Below, one piece after another: positions 60,261 to 64,000 of a stretch of 64,000 nucleotides of DNA (the first letter of the stretch is position 1; each line of letters begins with the position of its first letter). A program made the translations under genes and the position numbers. The stretch is from contig NC_134027.1 of NCBI RefSeq assembly GCF_964204645.1, forward strand, positions 10,634,485-10,698,484. Reading direction: 5' to 3'. The notes beneath the pieces were generated by a model that saw only the letters and a list, made by a program, of their open reading frames with translations, had not been told where the DNA came from and ran no database searches. The DNA is from Tubulanus polymorphus. Taxonomy: Eukaryota > Animalia > Nemertea.

Positions 60261-63200
60261 ATGGAAGCAAATAAGTACTACTGCCCAACATGTAATATCA
60301 ATATAGATAAATCCCAAAAAGCTAGACACAATAAAACTAAAACACATTTAGAGAATAAATTGAAACTAGAATATAACGATGATATATTAGAAACTAAATT
60401 AGATGAATTAAAGAATGAAAAAGAAACATATAAATGTGATACATGTAATCAATCATTCAGTGATAACAGATATTATAAAGAACATTTAAAATCTAAAAGT
60501 CATATTAGAAATAAGAATAATGATATTTTAGGTGAAGATTATTTTGATGAAGATAATGATAAGAAACAGAAGACAATTAAAAGCATAAAAAATAAATTAA
60601 ACAATAAAAGACCATACACGGAAGATGTAAGAAAATATATTAATTTATTGGATAATAAAAAAGATATAGAGATAACCGAAGCATTTAAAAGTGATATTGG
60701 CCCAGCAGCTATCGAGTTTAAATTTCATAAAGGAAAAACATTAGAAGAAAATAAAAAACATTTAGAAAATATGAAAGAAATAATAAAAATAATAACTGAT
60801 GTTGAATATCCTAAAATTAGTATATCAGTTAAAGTAAAGTTTATAAAATCTGAAGATAAACCAATTTATAATATAAATTCTCATTCACAACATATTATAT
60901 ATAAACAACATATAGATGATAAATTAGATAAATGTTATAATGAAGTAAAAACTAAAATAGAAGAGAAATATTTTGAAGGATCTGGTTTAATATTTGATGA
61001 AATAATATTTATGACTTCACATGTTTATAACACAAAATATAATAAGTTAACTAAATCAAAACCAATAGATGAAAATAATGTATCATATTATAAAGAACCA
61101 GATATTGAAGCATCGAGTTATATTAAACTACCATTTAAAACTAATGCTGTAATAAATGTACACAATTTTGATGATAAATGTTTTCTATGGGCTATAATAA
61201 GTTGTTTACATCCTGCAACTTATAATATTTGTAGATTAACTCATTATAAACCATTTGAAAATAATTATAAGATAGATAAGTATCCTGTTATAATTAAAAA
61301 CATCCCAAAGATAAAAAGAGATAATAATATAAAGATAAATGTATTTGATTTAATCAAATTACCAAATACAAAAGGTAATAATATAAAACATTATACATTA
61401 GAACCTTTATACCTATCAAAAGATTATGATTCAAACGATGTTATAGATATATTATATTATGAGAATCATTATATGTGGATTAAACAAATAGATTTATTCT
61501 TTAGAACAGAAAGTGATCACCATAATAAAACATATCTATGTAGAAAATGTTTACATAAATTCAGTAATGAAAGTGCATTATTAAATCATAAACAATTATG
61601 TGAAAATCATGATTATTGTAAATTAGTTTTACCAAATGAAAAGGATAAAATATTAGAATTCAAAAAATATGATTACAAAAATAAAGTACCATTTGTAATA
61701 TATGGAGATTTTGAATCATTAAATAAAGAACTAACTGATAGAGATAGAAAAGAAATATATTATAAAAGAAAGAAATTAAATTCTAATGAAAATGATTTTT
61801 CAGATGAACCACCAATAACAAATACTATTAAAAAGATTCATCAATCAGCTGCTGCTTTCGGGTTATATATTAAATCTGATTATCCAGAACTAATTGAAAG
61901 TGAATATTATCATTATAGAAATGAAAATGTTATCAATCATTTTTGTGACTTATTAATTGAATATGAAATAAAATTTAATGAAAAGTTAAATAAAGATATA
62001 GAAATTATAATGACAGAAGAAGATAAAGAAGCATTTGCGTTTGCAGGTAAATGTTATTATTGTGAAAAGATATTTAATTATAAAGATAAAAAAGTAAGAA
62101 ACCATGATCATTTGAACGGAAAGTTTAGAGGCGCTGCACATGAGAATTGTAACTTACAAGCTAAGAAAATCAATTTTGTACCAGTTATATTTCATAATCT
62201 ATCAGGATATGATGCACATTTATTCATCAAACAGTTATGTCATAAAATAGAAGAAATCAATAATGAAATAGAAAGATTAAATTCAAATAGATCAAAAGAT
62301 AAAATACCAACTTATAAATTTAGAATGTTAGCTAAAACATCTGAGAATTATATATCATTCCAATTTGGTTGTCTAAGATTTATAGATTCATATAGATTTT
62401 TAAATAGTTCATTAGATAACTTATCAAAATCATGATGATTAATTAAAAATATTAAAACAACACTACCCAAATAATGATGATGTCCAATTAATGAGATATA
62501 AAGGCGCAATTCCATATTCATTTTATAAATCACATAATGATTTTAACATAACTGAATTATTAAAAGAACAATTCTATGATGAATTAAAAAATGAATATGT
62601 TAAAGATGAAGTATATAATAGAACATTGAATATTTGGAATCATTTCAAAATAGAAAATCATGGACAATGTAGATTTATATTTAAAATCAGATGTATTATT
62701 ATTAACCGATATATTCGAAAGGTTTAGAGATGTAAACCTAAAATATTTTAACATTGATCCTTGTCATTGTTATTCATCACCAGGATTAACATGGGATTGT
62801 GGATTAAAATTTACAGATATAAAAATGGATTTGTTAACAAATATAGATCAATTATTATTATTTGAAAAATCTATAAGAGGAGGAGTTTCAGGTGTATTAG
62901 GGGATAGATATTTCAATGTAAATGATAACCCTGGATATAAGTTATTATATATAGATGCAAATAATTTGTATGGTTGGGCAATGATGGAACCACAACCTTA
63001 TGGAGTATTTGAATTAACTGAAGTTTCACAACATGAAAATAATGATAAATTTGATTGGAAGAAAAGAATTCTAGATATTGCAGATGATTCAGATACTGGT
63101 TACTTTTTTGTTGTAGATTTAGAATATCCCGAAGATAGAAAATTTAAATCTAGAAATTTAGCTTACTGTCCCGAACATAAAACTGTAACTCATGAAGAAT

Positions 63201-63410
63201 TATCAAACTACCAAAAAAGAATTAAACCCGAAAATCATATTCATACAGAAAAGTTAATGGTAACTCAAGAAGATAAATATAATTATGTAGTACATTATAG
63301 AATGTTAAAGTTTTATTTGAATCAAGGAATGATTCTAAAAAAAGTACATAGATATATTTCATTCAGTCAATCTAAGTGGTTAGAAAAATATATACATTTT
63401 AACACCAAAC
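60261..63410 (+). pseudogene. Protein-primed family B DNA polymerase of a Polinton/Maverick-like endogenous element; two frameshifts, interrupted by a satellite element
   Basis: ORFs 60261-62435, 62491-~62665 and 62660-~63410 carry in order: C2H2 fingers, NFDDKCFLWA...ENHY, Exo I YGDFES, EndoVII-type CYYC...RNHDHLNGKFRGAAHENCNL, Exo II FHNLSGYDAHL, FIDSYRF, KGAIPY, Exo III YLKSDVLLL, SIRGGVS, motif A YIDANNLYGWAM. Intronless and much more AT-rich than host genes. Confidence 0.92.
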
Positions 63411-64000
63411 TATGGTGGCTGATTAGGGCCAAGTTAAAAAAAAAAATTCGTGGAATATACCATGCAAAAAATATATTGGATCGTTTCTGCGTCCGTTTCT
63501 GCGCGGCGCAAAAACGAAATTTACCGCGCAGAAACGCGCCAAAACGAGCGCAGAAACGAACCTTCGTTTTAGCGCCCATTTTGGCGCGTTTTAGCGCGGT
63601 GGTTTCTCGTTTTTGCGCCCCGCAAAAACGAAGTTCGTTTCTGCGTCCGTTTTTGCGCCGCGCAAAAACGAAATTTACCGCGCAGAAACGCGCCAAAACG
63701 AGCGCAGAAACGAACCTTCGTTTTAGCGCCCATTTTGGCGCGTTTTAGCGCGGTGATTTCTCGTTTTTGCGCCCCGCAAAAACGAAGTTCGTTTCTGCGT
63801 CCGTTTTTGCGGGGCGCAAAAACGAAATTTACCGCGCAGAAACGCGCCAAAACGAGCGCTAAAACGAACCTTCGTTTTAGCGCCCGTTTTGGCGCGTTTT
63901 AGCGCGGTGATTTCTCGTTTTTGCGCCCCGCAAAAACGAAGTTCGTTTCTGCGTCCGTTTTTGCGGGGCGTCAAAACGAAATTTACCGCGCAGAAACGCG
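63409..64000 (+). mobile_element. Satellite-bearing element, copy 3, with homogeneous 154-bp tandem repeats running off the window end
   Basis: Leader ACTATGGTGGCTGATTAGGGCCAAGTT; GAAATTTACCGCGC recurs at 63516, 63670, 63824 and 63978 (period 154). Confidence 0.92.

Noticed and set aside
63367-63974. Arg/Phe/Cys/Ala-rich ORFs here and at 29030-29596 and 54053-54557
   Set aside because: They are translations of the stop-poor palindromic satellite on both strands; the tail of ORF 62660-63748 after ~63410 is likewise satellite read-through.

Overview
Intron-rich, AT-rich eukaryotic genomic DNA, probably from an invertebrate animal (inferred from gene and repeat content; species not determinable). 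Host genes: the 3' part of a PLEKHG4/puratrophin-like DH-PH RhoGEF (+), a complete 15-exon TANGO6 (-), a single-coding-exon GT11 alpha-1,2-fucosyltransferase (-), and a two-exon rolling stone-like membrane protein (+). Two local gene duplications: a secreted protein with a poly-Asp tail (both copies lesioned), and a mucin-stalk type I receptor with a tyrosine-motif tail (one intact copy, one pseudogene). Mobile DNA is abundant: a hAT-like derivative with a 6-bp TSD, a 1.75-kb foldback element with ~477-bp TIRs and an AT TSD nested in a MITE, a palindromic MITE with a 9-bp TSD, and three copies of an element carrying a 154-bp satellite. The most notable feature is at the window end: an AT-rich endogenous Polinton/Maverick-like protein-primed DNA polymerase gene (zinc fingers, OTU-like motif, EndoVII-HNH insertion), frameshifted and interrupted by the satellite element. 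Its left end has no canonical Polinton terminus but carries two hairpins sharing a GCGCACAC loop. A second degenerate Polinton-type gene lies at ~33 kb. All coordinates and homologies were read by eye; no database searches were run.
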